From: Mantamonas sphyraenae STR306 | Taxonomy: Eukaryota > Protista > CRuMs | Assembly (NCBI GenBank): GCA_026936335.1 | Contig: JAPMXV010000051.1 | Location: 434,001-498,000 of the forward strand | Length of the DNA stretch: 64,000 bases | Reading direction: 5' to 3' | Part shown: positions 33,453 through 45,738 of the stretch, piece by piece | Layout: every line of letters starts with the position of its first letter | Numbering within the stretch: position 1 is the stretch's first letter | Notes under the pieces: generated by a model | What the model saw: only the letters and a program-made list of their open reading frames with translations | Databases searched by the model: none | What the model was told of the DNA's origin: nothing | Program-made: the position numbers and the translations under genes

Positions 33453-36400
33453 TCACTCCTTGCTCCCTCGCACGGTTGTGGACAGTTGCTGCACGGCACT
33501 GCCAAGGCACTGTGGGCACGCCAGAGAGGTGTGCTTGTTTGCATAGTCGGCCATGAGCAGCTGGGTGCTCAGGGGTGTGTCGATGCTGGCCATGCGTTCA
33601 CGGAATAGAGGCAGCACGTACTCCTCAAAGTCGCCCACGGGATAGTGGTGGCCACACGTAAAGGCTACGGTGAGCTCCTTGGCGCCTGTGCTGGACTGTT
33701 GGGACACGTTGGGCACAGACACAAACATCCGCTCGTCCAGATCCTTCTCCAGGTTACGCTGGATGTCGGTCCACAGACGCTCCATGCTCACCTTGGCCGC
33801 AAGCAACTGTGTGCGCTCGCTCCCGTCTCCATCGTGGCTTGCCTTGGCGTGCAGTCGATGGTGCGCCACCTTCAGGTACAGCGTGGGTGAAAACGGCAGA
33901 TACCAAGGCCTGTGCGGGTCAGCGCTCTTCATCAGCACCTGCGCCAGCCCATCCTGGTACTCATCCAGATTCTCGGTCAGGAACAGCTCCAACGGACGCA
34001 CACTGAACCGCTGATGCTTCCAAAACAGAAGCAGCTGCGTCAGCATGCTCTCTTGCACACGCAGGTTGTCCTCTTGGTTGGCCCAATAGCGGGCCATCCA
34101 CGCCAGGGTCCTGCGCATGGACCGCTTGTCCAGATTCCTGCGTGCTCGTGCCATCTTGGAGTTGGCCGCAAGCGCATCCACGCTGCCGCCGCTGCCCTGA
34201 ATGCGACTCTGCCACGCACGCAAGCTTTGCGTGTGGTCATATGCAATTGCCTGCAGTCTGAAATCCAGGGCATGTTCCCACTGGCCAAGGGCCTCGTGGA
34301 TCACCGCACACGCTGCGTAGTTCTGGTAGTCCATGGCCTGCTGCAGCATGACGCTGCTCCGGTACTCCTTGATGTTGCGCAGATGCATCTCCAGCTCACT
34401 CTGGCCGTACATTTCGTCGCGGTCTCCCGAACCAGAGTCGTCGGCGCCTGACGAGGAAGACGAGGACGAGGAAGACGAGGACGACGACGCGGAGGAAGCT
34501 GTCGACGACGTCCCGGCCCCGTTGCTACCGCTCATCGCACGATGGCTAAAGGCGAGCACCTTGACGGTGGCATGCTGGGTTTGGGTATTGCCCAGCCCCA
34601 GCTGGCCGTAGTCGGAGCGGCCGGCGGAGTGCAACTCCCCTGAGCGAGAGAGCCACATGCTGAATTCCTGTCCACAGGCCAGGGCACACACATCGGCCCC
34701 TTGAAGCGAATTGATCTTGGTTGGCGTAAACACGTCGCGTGTGTGGCCCAGGCCAAGCTGGCCGTGGCGGTTGCCTCCCCACCCGTACACGTCGCCGCTT
34801 TCCAGCACTGCCACAGTGTGCCAATGTCCACAGGCCACGCGGGCCACACGCACGCCACGCAGCGAGTCCACCCACTTGGGCACACTCTGGCACACAAACA
34901 TGTTTTCGCCCGACGAGTCGTCCACGTGCTGGTACTCGCTCAGACCCAAGCGTCCGCGGCTTGCCTTGCCAAACGTGTACACTCCGCCAAGGTCGGTGAT
35001 GACGGCGCTGTGAAAGTCCCCTGCGGCAATGGCCGTCACCCGTTTGTCCTTCAGCGACTCAATCATGGTCGGCAGCGGCCGGCCGTTGGTTGTGTCGTGG
35101 CCCAGCTGCCCAAACTGTCCGTCTCCCCACGTGTACACCACTCCAGAATCTGTCAGAGCAAGTGTGTGACGTGATCCACACGCAACATCCACCACATGCT
35201 CTCGTTCCAGCATTTCCACGCGCTGCGGCGTGTTTTGCGACTCCATGGCACCCAGGCCCAGTTGGCCGTCATTGCCACACCCAAACATATACAAGGCGCC
35301 GTCACTGGTCACCACGGCCGAGTGAAAGAAGCCACACGCAATCTTGACGATCTTGTTGGGGTTTCCGTGAAGCCACGGCACGCGCTGTGGCGAGCTATGC
35401 GACTGTGCGTCGCCAAGGCCCAGTTGACCGTGTGTGCCCGAGCCCCATGCGTAAAGCTCGTCGTTTGCAGTCACTGTCAGCGTGTGCTCGCCTCCACACG
35501 CAATCAGCTTGATCAGTTCGCCTTGCAGCGACTTGACAGGGTAAGGCGAGTGCATCGTCTCGGAGCTCCCATGACCCAACTGGCCTTTCTCTCCATTGCC
35601 CCACGAGTGCACCGTGCCAAACTCGTTCAACACAGTGCAGTGAAACCCACCGGCGGCAAGAGCATGCACCGCGCGTGCGTTCTTGCCACGTGCCTCTGTA
35701 CCAGATGACACAGCCGTTCCTGCGTTGCCGTTGCCGTTGCTATTGTTGTTGTTGTTGTTGCTGCTGCTGCTGTTGTTGATGGCACTCCCGCCTGCGCTGC
35801 TGTTCTGCTGTGCGTTGCCACTGCCAATGGAACCCACAGATGACATGGAAGCGATGGAGGATGCAGAAGCCGATGAAACAATGCTGTTGCTGCTGGCCGA
35901 GGTCGGCAGCGTGCCCGACTCGCTGCTGTCCAGGCTCTCGCTGCCCGACCGATCCAACAACCCGCTGTACTCGTCCACAGACAGCAGCGAGCCTGTGCGT
36001 CGCTTTGGCCTTGCTCTGTACATATTGCCACTGCCGCTTCCGCTTGTTGCACGGCTGCGTGTGTCGCTGCCCTCGGCGTCGTCCTGTTGTCCGCCTTGCG
36101 CTGCAGCGTCGCGCCGTGCTCGCTGCAGCGCAAGCAGTACTGTCAGATACACTTCCATAAACTCCTCCACAAAGTCGATAGAGTCGAACTGAGAGTTCTC
36201 TTCGCGCATGGAGCCGCCCACCAGATGCGTGCGTTTCGACAACGCACTGCGGGCAGACACCATCTTGGAAAAGTTGTCGCCCAACGGGTCAAAACAGGTG
36301 GCAATTTCCATAAGCACCTGTTCAGGGAGCAGCGGAATGGCGTCCCAAACGCGCTTCAGGTGCAGCGGCAGCGTGCTGACGTCCAGAAGCAGGAATTGGA

Positions 36401-38823
36401 TTCGCTCGTGCAGCTCGAGGCAGGAGAACATTGCCCCACGGCCGTGGTTCTTCAACAACTCTCCGTAGTTGTTCTCTTGCAGAAAGTCGGCCTGGTCGTC
36501 GGAGAGGTGCAGGATGCCATGGTTGATCAGAATGCGGATTGCCGACGGCATCTGACCGCGTGCATGGGCCAGCAGGAGCATGTGGTCGATCATTCCGTAC
36601 TCTTTGAGCACCATGAGGGCCATGGCCACGTCGAAGTAGACGTTGTGTGTGAGAAAATGCTCAAGCTCGCGGTCGAGCAGCCGCACGCTGGAATCGTATG
36701 CGGTCGTTGCGTCCAGGGATTGGAGCTGGTGTCCCCGCTGGTTGGCCAGATAGCATTGGATGTAGCAGGTAAAGAGGACGTTGGACAGGTGCACCTGCTC
36801 GCTCCGCGGCAGCGACGAATCGTCTTGCAATATCGAGCGCAGTTCGTGTGTCACGAAATCCATGCGGTCCACCTGCAGGTAGTGCAGCACCATCTTGGAA
36901 GGTGACACGTTGGACATGCGGTACAGCTCAAATGCATACGAATACTTGCCGTTTGCAAAGAAGCGATCGGCGGCCATTTCGTACATGTGGAACAAGTCGA
37001 GGCCCAACGACTTGCCCAACGACTCGGCTGCAACGACGTCGTTATGCTGCACCAGAAGTTTGTAAAACAGGGCTTCGGGCGCACTCTTCTGCTTCATGTG
37101 GTACAGGCCCGTTGCAGTCCAAAAGTAGAATCCGCCGAGCTGGACTGCCTGCTCCTGGGTATCCAGGGAGAACGAGGACGACCCGTTGCCGCTGTTGTTT
37201 GTGCGCCAGGGCATGGAGGCGTGCTGAAGCGGCTGGTCAAGCAGTTCTTCGTGGAAGCCGAGGACAGTTTCCCCAAACGGCAGCTTGAGATGCTGTAGGG
37301 AGGCCTCTGTCTCGGATGAAGTTGTGAACCACTTTGCGTCTGCAGAGGTACCTGCAATGAGATTGGACAGCACATAGATGTGGTCGCCGTGGTCTGTGCT
37401 GGCCAAGGCAAACAGCAGCTTGTCGCTCAGATGCAGCAGCCGGGCACCGGGGAACATGTTGAAGGCGTACAGTGGATGCTCGTGCAGCTCCGAGTCGTAC
37501 ACATGCAACGAGGACTGGGCTGTGTTGAGGGCACTCACCATGGGCCACACACGAGTGGTGTAGTGGACACTGAGCTGACAATCAGCCTAAGCATGGGAAC
37601 AGGTGTCAGTGGTGAGTTGTGTGCCGTGGTTGCGCCACCACGCAGCATGGCATACGGTGCTACTGCATCGCGGAAAGTGCTACACTTACAATGGGCGGGG
37701 ACTGGATCAGATGCATCTGAAATAGTTCATGCTTGGAGTTGGGTTGAAAGACTTGGTATGAGCCCTGAGCGTCCTCCCCCTCGAGAAACAGCTTTCGGAC
37801 GTTGCTGTGTGTGATGACGAGCAGATGCTTGCTTGTGCGCTCGGCGAGCATTTTGATGTCGCGGATCTTGCCCATGACGGAGAACCAGAGGGAGTTGTCG
37901 TTGAGGTTGACCATGAAGAGGCCCTGTTGTTGGGAGGATACAATGGCTGTGTGTGTGTGTGTGTGTGTGTGTGTGATGAGTGTCAGCGGGTGTCGTGCGG
38001 GGCTGTGGTGGGGCGTGAGATCGGGAGAGGGCGGCGAAAGGCGGCCGACGCTTGCAGCGGGCTAGGGCAGACTGGACAACGCACCAAAGTCAACGTTGTC
38101 GCGTGTCTGCCACCAAATGCATGCATTGATGAGAATGTCCTTGTTCAGTTTTGTGAGGGTGTCGAGGTAGGTGAGGTCGTCGCTGACGCCGAGCGAGTCC
38201 TTGCGCTGGGCGGACGAGCCCCAGCTCTGTGCATAGTTCATGAGGCTGGGCAGCTTGAACCAAGCAGAGTTGGAGGAGTTGGAGGAGTTGGAATTGGAGG
38301 CAGAGGAGGCGCCGGATTCGGAAAGGGAGGCGTCGTCCTGGGAAAAGAGGAGAGCGTGGATGGGCAACAGGTAGAGGCCTGCGTCGCGGGTGACAATGAG
38401 GAGCCATTTGGCTGACGGGTTGAAAGCCAACTGTACAATGGCTTTGGATGGGTGTCTGAACCAGGGCATGTAGCGCAGCATGGGCACGTGGGCGTCACGG
38501 ACGTGGCGGAAGACGACGGTGTTGTTGGAACAGGCCATGGCGATGAGCTGGTGGCCCTGGTAACCTCCAAACGCAACGCAGGTAATGTGTTCGGGCTCCG
38601 TGGGGCGCATGTAGCCTGCTGAGGGCTGGAAGATGGTGCGCAGCCCCACGAGCTTGGACATGGAAAACAGGTCCAGATTGTGGCTGCCGCTGCCGCGTGC
38701 TCGTCCTCCCAGGCCGAGCCCTGATGATGATGAGGAGGAGGAGGCAGAGGCAGCGGAGTTGGATGTGCGCAGGGCGGAGGAGGAGCCGCCGGCGTCCCTG
38801 TGCAGGTGGGCCAAGCTGGACAT
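33453..38823 (-). CDS. Claret-like protein (beta-propeller, helical solenoid, RCC1 repeats, C-terminal zinc finger)
   Basis: About seven RCC1 repeats (WGNGEKGQLGHG, IACGGEHT, WGSGTHGQLGLG and others) between an N-terminal propeller/solenoid and C-terminal VAFTCGHHY...LACPQC. Exons: 38823-38085, 37946-37690, 37586-33453. The RCC1 repeats are certain; the claret assignment is from remembered architecture. Confidence 0.7.
37948..37975. repeat. (GT)n microsatellite abutting the 3' splice site of claret-like intron 1
   Basis: Perfect run; on the sense strand it reads (CA)n immediately before the acceptor AG. Confidence 0.95.
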
Positions 38824-38890
38824 GGAGGGTTCGCTGTGATTTGGATTGCATTGCTGTGCGGGAGCACTGTGATGGATGAATCCCTGTCCA

Positions 38891-41021
38891 TCATCCGAGA
38901 TGCAAATTGCCGGTGATGAAGTAGAGCATGGCGAGTGAGAAAAAGACGCCAATGGAGATGCCGCCGTTGAGAAAGATGGTCATGACGGTGCCTGCGAGTT
39001 CCTTGTCGCGGTCATCGACGAGCTGGGGTCCAAACATCATACCCATGGAGCTGAGGTAGCCATTGCTGAGGGCAAACGCTGCCATGAAGGAGAAAGGGTA
39101 GGCGTCGTTGTTGAAGAACGAGCTCTCGCCGCCGATGCACAAGGGAAAGAGCGCCATGAAAGCAGTTCGTGCTACCACCGGGATCCACAAGGTGTCTGGG
39201 GTCACCAAAGTGATCCAACGAGGCGCAGTGCGACCGACAAAGTCAAACACGAGGAAGGCGGTCTGTGGGTGGGGCGTGGAAAGAGGAGGAGGAGGAGGAG
39301 GAGGCGGTGAGTGTGGGCCAAGCGTGCTGTGGAAAGGGGGGTTGTGCAGGGCAGACGTACGATGAGCAGGATGGAGAACCAGCCCGAGTCGTTGCGGTCC
39401 TTGAATGTGGACACAATGAGACTGGTGACGCCCGGAAAAGTGGCGAGGGAGACGAAAAAGGTCCAGAAGACAAGGATGCCATTCTTCCAGATGCGGCTCA
39501 GAGTTCTCCTGAGCTTGTCGGAATGTGTCTCTTTGTGGTTGCCAGGGCGCTGGCTTTGATCCTTCTTGGGTAGGAGGCTATGGCGGGCTGAGTCCGTATT
39601 GTCTGTGTTGTTGAGGGAGCCGAGGGCGGCGGGTTGGTTGTCGACGTCATCATACTGCAGGTATGCGTCGTGGTCATTGGCGCGCATTGTTGTGCCTCGA
39701 GGCGCCGCACGTCGAGGCGAACCGTACATGTAGTCGCCCGAAGCGGAGGCGTCTGCAGCGAGGGGCGTGTGCTCGTCGGATCCCGAGTCCTCTTCGATGT
39801 CGCTGTCGTCGTACTCGTCTTGGCTGTTATATGCGGAGGAGCGTCGAGAACCAGCGGCAGAGGCAGCGCGCGAGGCACGGTTCTCCTCGATGTGGTGGCG
39901 GGCAAAGGGCAGGCGCACGAGAACAAAGTAAAAGATGATGCAGAGGAGGAGGCAGGCGGAGGCAAGGAAGAAATAGATGTAAGAGCTGACGACAAGGCCC
40001 TCGCGGGTGGTGGGTAGGGCAAGCTTGGTGATGATGCGGAGGGCGGCGACAATGACGCCCGAAACGCCGATGCCGCTCATGAGGGCTGTGGTGAAGTAGT
40101 TTGGGAATTGGGCGGCAAAGCCAAAGAGAGAACCTGTGAGGATGGCGGAACAGATGCCAGTGATGGCGACGCAGGTGATGGTGATGTTAAAGAGGACCGA
40201 GGTGTCGTCGGAGACTAAATCGAGTACAGGGACGGCAGCAAGGCAGACCATGTTGATGGAAAGGCATCCATAGATGCGAGCCTTGTAGGAGAGATGGGTG
40301 GCGTAGCGGATCATCAGGAGGAGGACGACAATCTGTGGGCAGTTGTTTGCCAACGAGAGGACAAACTCGACAGGTCGTGTCGGATACAGGAAGTGGAAGT
40401 AGTCGTACGCAGTGATGTATGCGTTCCACGGGAACATGATGCCACATCCGAGGAGAGTCATGATGAGATAGGCCATGTTGTACTGCGGGGGAGAGGTTAA
40501 AGAGAAAAATGAGCACAGGCACAAAAATCCACGACAAAGCGCGGGAAGGTGTTTGGGCGGTGACAAACGCTGGGAAACGGGCGCGCGTGTGGAGGGTACA
40601 GGGAGGGTGGGTGGATGTACGTGTGGACAACGAGACAGAGAGAAAGGGAAAAGGAACATACGGTGTCTGGAGGCGGGTCAACCTCATTGGATGCATAGGA
40701 AGGGATGCTTGCAAGGGAATCATCGAGGCCGTCGGTGATGAGAACGCCGTCGAGGTTCATACCAGCTCCCTCGATGATTGCACCAGCAGAATGGGTACTG
40801 TCCTCGCGGGGACGCATTTTGGACTGCCTGCGGTGGTGGTGGTACTCCGTCTTTTGGTCTTCAAAGAGATCCTCGAGGGAATCTGTGCGGTGGCGCATGG
40901 TGAGGCGGACCAGCACGTCTGCGGACGGAACACGGCCCAAGCGTGCAACAAGCGCCTCCTCCGGCTCATTGTCTGCATCTGCACCCTCTGTGGCAGCACG
41001 TGACCGTTGCTCAGATGACAT
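38891..41021 (-). CDS. Equilibrative nucleoside transporter (SLC29/ENT family)
   Basis: LLGCGIMFPWNAYITAYDYF, GSLFGFAAQFP, SGIGVSG, VSLATFPG, VFDFVGR, ALSNGYLSSMGMMFGP and ELAG. Exons: 41021-40662, 40482-39361, 39262-38891. Confidence 0.93.
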
Positions 41022-41114
41022 TCAAAGAGAGAGAGAGAGAGAGAGAGAGAAGCAGCCAGGTTCTTTCTCTTGGGACGACGTGCGCCGTGCGGTCCGCCAG
41101 CCCAACTCTTGTCC
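41022..41114. promoter_or_regulatory. Putative bidirectional promoter shared by ENT and TIM22
   Basis: 93 nt between divergent ATGs, containing (GA)n. Confidence 0.5.
41026..41050. repeat. (GA)n microsatellite in the ENT/TIM22 divergent spacer
   Basis: Perfect run starting a few nt upstream of the ENT ATG. Confidence 0.95.
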
Positions 41115-41861
41115 ATGCCCAGCCTAGACGACATTGACATCCCGCTGCCGGATCCCAAGACGCAGCAGCTGATCAGTGAGAGCTGTGTGACGAAGAGTCT
41201 GCTGAGTGGGGCCATGGGTAAGTGCTAGGGAGCCAGGGGTTGGCAAGGCGCCAGCCTTCTTACACGCACACGCACACGGTGACACAGGGATGGCGCTTGG
41301 AGCTGTGTTTGCTCTGTTTACGAGCGGCATGGCTGGTGCCGGCATGGACATTGATTACAACGACAAGCTGACGACGGGGCAAAAGGTAAACGGGCGAGAG
41401 AGAGGATTGCGGGGCAAGCAGCACACACACACCGAGTCACTCACACAGGACGAGTGGCGCTGTGAACACAGGTGAAAGAGCACTTTAAGGACATGGGCAG
41501 GCAGGTCAAGTCTACAGGCAAGAGCTTTGGCATGGTTGGGGCGCTGTACAGCGGTATTGAGTGCAGCATCGAAAAGGTGAGGAAGCGGACTGTGGACGAG
41601 AGTATGGGGCGACCCCAACGGAAACTGACGCAATGAGGGTATTCTATGGGTTGCATCCATTGGCATGCTGCGATGCCGGGCACCTGACGGGTGTACGTGT
41701 GTGCACAGACACGGGGCGTGCATGATGTACAGAATGCAGTGTACGCAGGCTGTGCCGCTGGGGCCATCCTGGGACGCAATGGAGGACCTCGATCGATGGC
41801 CACAGGGTGTGCAGGGTTTGCAGTGTTTTCCTATGCCATCGAAATGTACATGGACCACTGA
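41115..41861 (+). CDS. TIMM22: Mitochondrial inner-membrane insertase TIM22
   Basis: Spliced product ...ESCVTKSLLSGAMGMALGAVFALF...[41 protein letters not shown]...GCAGFAVFSYAIEMYMDH*. Exons: 41115-41217, 41288-41385, 41472-41576, 41709-41861. The ORF track does not recover it whole. Confidence 0.92.
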
Positions 41862-42007
41862 CGGGCGCAGCTTTGCTGAGTTTGTGGTTTCTCGTGTGGT
41901 GGTGGTGGGCGCAAGAGCATGCTGCAGACAGTTTGCTCGGCGGGTCAAACTCATTTTCTTGCTGTACATTGTGTGTGAGTGTGAGTGAGTGTGGATGGGG
42001 GGTCGCA

Positions 42008-43770
42008 TCACAACGGCGGGAAGCGGGTTGCGCCCTCGAAGGAGCGTGCCTTGCGGTTGCCGGACCTGGACTTGGCAGCAGGCACGCCGAGACTGTCCAA
42101 AGCCAGCGCACTGCTGACTGGCTCGGGGTCGTCGGAGAGAAGGCCGTCAAACTCGGCCGAGCTGAAGGAAGCGGCTGGACTGACGTTGGCACTGCTGACG
42201 GTACTGTTGCTTGCCTGTTGATAGGCAGAAGTGGAGGCGGAAAGTTCGCTGGAGGATGTGTGGGATGCATAGGGTGCGTTGGATGTGGCACTCCTGCTGC
42301 TGGACTGGCCTTCTGCACCCATGGGAGCGCCGGAGCTGGTAGCTCCTGCGGCTCCGTTGCCTGACAGGGTATTCTTGTGTGCTGTGCGTGGTTTCCTCCG
42401 CTTCTTGCGTTGTTGTTGATGCACGCGTCGCGAGTACGACTCGAGCGACTTGAGGGGCGAGCTGCTGCGACGTGGTTGAACACCGCGGCGGCCGTACTGC
42501 TTGACCAGCTCGTCGGTCACTTCGATGAGCTTGGCCATGTAGTCTTTGATGATCTGCAGTTTTTGGATGTCTGTGCGGTTTGTGCCGTCGCTGCTGCGCT
42601 GGCGCTGCTGTTGCACACGTTCGTACAGGTTGGCAATCGCCATCTGCACCTCGCCCGTCATCTTCTTCTGCCGGTCCTCGTCCGAGTGTTTGTCGTTGAG
42701 CTCCTGCCAGTTGCCAGACGTGCTCCTGTTGGCTGCCTCCAGCTCTTGCTGCTTGTGGTGGATCTCCGTGGTAAGGAACAGTCGTTGTGTCTCGCGATTC
42801 ACTTCTTCCCTGTCTTTGAGCTGCACAAACAGTTGTGTGTGTGAGTGAGTGTGTGTGTGTGAGGGAGGAAGAGGGTGTTGGTGTGGTCTTGGGCGTAGGC
42901 GCATGCTTGTGCGGATTGTACGCACCTGCTTAAACTCTTGGTTGCGTTTCTCAATCAACCTGGCTGAAGCAACCAGCTGCTTCTTTGCCTCCTTCAGCGT
43001 GTTGTACCGCTTCTCCAGCTGGCCAATCTCTTGGTATTCCTCACTGGAGTTGACTACCGAGGCGAGAAAGTCCCTGTACTTGGCCCCTGTGGTGTGTGTG
43101 GGGATAAAGAAGCCCAAAGGCGTCAGCGGGTGACCGTTGCTGGAGAGCCGCACCTGGAAAGGCGACGCCTGCGCCACCCACGTGCACACTTACATCGTTG
43201 CAACTGCTTCTTGCGCATCTCTAGTTGGCGTTCACACTCTGCCTTGCGCAACTGCAGCTCCTTGATCTCCTGCTCGCGCTTTCGGGTCGCCCGTTCCTCT
43301 TCCTCCTTCTTGCGCAGCGCACGGGCCGCTCGGTTATCGTTGTCCTGTGGCCACATGGGTCAGTTTCCAAACACACACGCACGCGTGGGAACGTATAATG
43401 CAAGGGTGCATCGCATGCGACTCCTCTCGTCGCATGTACTCACCTCTACAAGCCGGGACATGCGCACGAGTTCCTCCTGCAGCTTGAGATCTTTGAACTT
43501 GATGATCTCCTCCTGCTGGGCAAAGTCCATTTCCAGCTCTGCAAACTCGTCCTTCTGAATCTCCAACTGGTGTTGTGCCTCTTCCAGCTCCAGTTCCTTC
43601 TCCTGCAGCTTCGTCGTGTCCGAGATGCGCTCCACGTGCACCTGCGACGGCTTGCTGCTCCCACACACCACTGTGTCAGCATCCCCGCTTCCCGACGAGT
43701 CCCCGCTCTCGCACTACTGTCTGCACACGTACATTTGCCGCCGCAAGTTTTCCTGCATGAACGACTCCAT
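42008..43770 (-). CDS. CCDC42/CFAP73-family (DUF4200) ciliary coiled-coil protein
   Basis: TKLQEKELELEE...LQEELVRMSRLVEDND.RAARALRK...YRDFLASVVNSSEEYQEI...RYNTL...GEVQMAIANLYE...KLQIIKDYM follows the CCDC42 pattern. Four GT-AG introns. Start codon uncertain. Confidence 0.72.
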
Positions 43771-43957
43771 CTGCAAGGACAAGCTGGTCTGGACGATTGG
43801 TTGCCGGCACGCTCGCACAGGCATCCGTGACTCACAACGTGCAACCACCCCGTGCACTCACTCTCAATCACACACCCTGTGCGCGTGTGTTTAAAGACGA
43901 TGATGGAGTAGCGCCGGTGGAGCCAGTGGTTGCCTTCTTCGACTAATACGGAACCGG

Positions 43958-45643
43958 ATGCTCAAGTCGCTTGGCCTGGACATCGATCGAGATGCTGTGC
44001 CGGAAGAAGCTGTGGAGGTTGTGATGATGTTTGAGGACGTGGATGAGTGTACAGACGAGGAGGAACAGATGGCGCGGATAGGCGAGTGGGCCGACGTGAT
44101 GAACGCTCACGTGGACGAGTGGGCAGCAAGCAGTGCGTACGTGTGGCACAGAGACGTGTTTCACATGAACGTGCGCACAAAACAAGTGGGCGCAGGAGAG
44201 ACGTCGTCCTCTGCAGGAGCACCTTCCGTCGAGCAAGTGCATCTGCACGCGTTGGTTCGCTTTGGTGACAACATGGACGACGAGTGGTTTGTGACTTGGA
44301 TGGTGGTGGAGCTGAGTCGTATGTACGAGCAGATGGTGGCCATGGTACGGGACAATGACGGCCAATTTGTGCTCATCGAGGCGGCGGACACCTTGCCGTG
44401 GTGGATCAAACCGGACAACGACGCACATCGGGTGTTTTTCCACAAGGGCGTAGTCCACCTGGTGCCTGTGCCTGTATCACCTGCACAGTTTGCCACAATG
44501 CCGCTGAAACCGACACTTGTGCAGAGTGTGGCCATGGTGCGGTCGGACAGTGTGGACACGGCGGGTCCAGGCCAAGGCGTCACCGAGGCTCTTCTGCGTC
44601 GCTTGCAAGCTTACCCGGACAAAGCTGGAGAAAATGCACACCGTGTCACGTGCTACGTGCCCGCAGTGATTGCTGCTGTACTGACAAAGCGACCGCAGCT
44701 GGTCAGCGAGGCCGTGCACATGTTCTACCATCGCGACGAGCTGGCCATGCGCTGTTGCCAGAAGATGAAAAACTTTCCGCCTGCGTCGAGTGTCTATGTA
44801 CAGGTCGCACTCTCCCGCTGTCAATACGCCCAGCTATCACAGCAGAAGCTGTATCCGCCCAAAGCGTTTCGTCTCCCCAGCACCAAGAGTGCCTCGTACG
44901 CCGCTCATGAACTGGGTATGAAGCTCGCGTGTGGCTTTGAGATGCTGTGTGATGGCAAGGTGAAGATGGCGCGCCTGGTGGCGGGCAAGGATGGTGGATC
45001 AGTGTCGTCGTCGTCATCGTCGTCGTCGTCGCCCTTGGACAGCACCAGTAGACATGAAGCGTGGCAGGGGGTTGCAACGTGCGTGCGCGATGAGCTGAGC
45101 AAGGAAGACATTGTGAATGCGGGAGTTGCAGAGTGGGAGGAGGTGAATTGGAGTGACGACGACACCGGGTGGCTGTACATGGACCAAGCAACGCTGGACA
45201 AGGTGATGGCGGACAAGGAAGAGCAGATGAAGATGGGCCAAGAGAGTGTGGACTTGATGGTGGAGGCCATGCAGGGGTTCATGGACCAGGAGGCCGGACT
45301 GGAAGGCGTGGAACCACACACTGGGATGGGATTGCGTGACCAACTGCAGGGGTGGAGCTGGGACGAGGCTGGCGAGGTGAACGAGGAACGTGTACAGCTT
45401 GGTCAGGACGAAATGGACATGTGGGCAATGATGGAAGCCATGGAGGCGGAACTGGCCGGGACAAAAGTTGGCCAAGACTTTCGGGAGGACCAGTCAGACG
45501 ACGAAGTCATCGATGCAGAGCTGAACCTGGTGCGCAACTTTCTGCAGAGCAATGCCGCACAGGGTGGCATGAGTGGGCCAGTGAGCAACCTGTTGTCGCA
45601 ACTGGGCGTGGAACTGCCGGACGATGCACTGGATGCGCAATGA
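43958..45643 (+). CDS. ECD: Ecdysoneless (ECD/hSGT1) protein
   Basis: RFGDNMDDEWF, DNDGQFVLIEAADTLPWWIKP...RVFFHKG, QYAQL, ELGMKLACGFE, SDDDTGW and LNLVRNFLQS..AQGGMSGPVSNLL. Intronless. Confidence 0.92.
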   Translation: MLKSLGLDIDRDAVPEEAVEVVMMFEDVDECTDEEEQMARIGEWADVMNAHVDEWAASSAYVWHRDVFHMNVRTKQVGAGETSSSAGAPSVEQVHLHALVRFGDNMDDEWFVTWMVVELSRMYEQMVAMVRDNDGQFVLIEAADTLPWWIKPDNDAHRVFFHKGVVHLVPVPVSPAQFATMPLKPTLVQSVAMVRSDSVDTAGPGQGVTEALLRRLQAYPDKAGENAHRVTCYVPAVIAAVLTKRPQLVSEAVHMFYHRDELAMRCCQKMKNFPPASSVYVQVALSRCQYAQLSQQKLYPPKAFRLPSTKSASYAAHELGMKLACGFEMLCDGKVKMARLVAGKDGGSVSSSSSSSSSPLDSTSRHEAWQGVATCVRDELSKEDIVNAGVAEWEEVNWSDDDTGWLYMDQATLDKVMADKEEQMKMGQESVDLMVEAMQGFMDQEAGLEGVEPHTGMGLRDQLQGWSWDEAGEVNEERVQLGQDEMDMWAMMEAMEAELAGTKVGQDFREDQSDDEVIDAELNLVRNFLQSNAAQGGMSGPVSNLLSQLGVELPDDALDAQ

Positions 45644-45678
45644 AGCTGCTTTGTTTGTGTGTGCTGTCCCCCCGAATG

Positions 45679-45680
<2 letters not shown>

Positions 45681-45718
<38 letters not shown>
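45681..45718. repeat. (GT)19 microsatellite between the convergent ECD and NEK stop codons
   Basis: Perfect run. Confidence 0.95.
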
Positions 45719-45720
<2 letters not shown>

Positions 45721-45738
45721 CCGTTTGTGCCACTGCAT

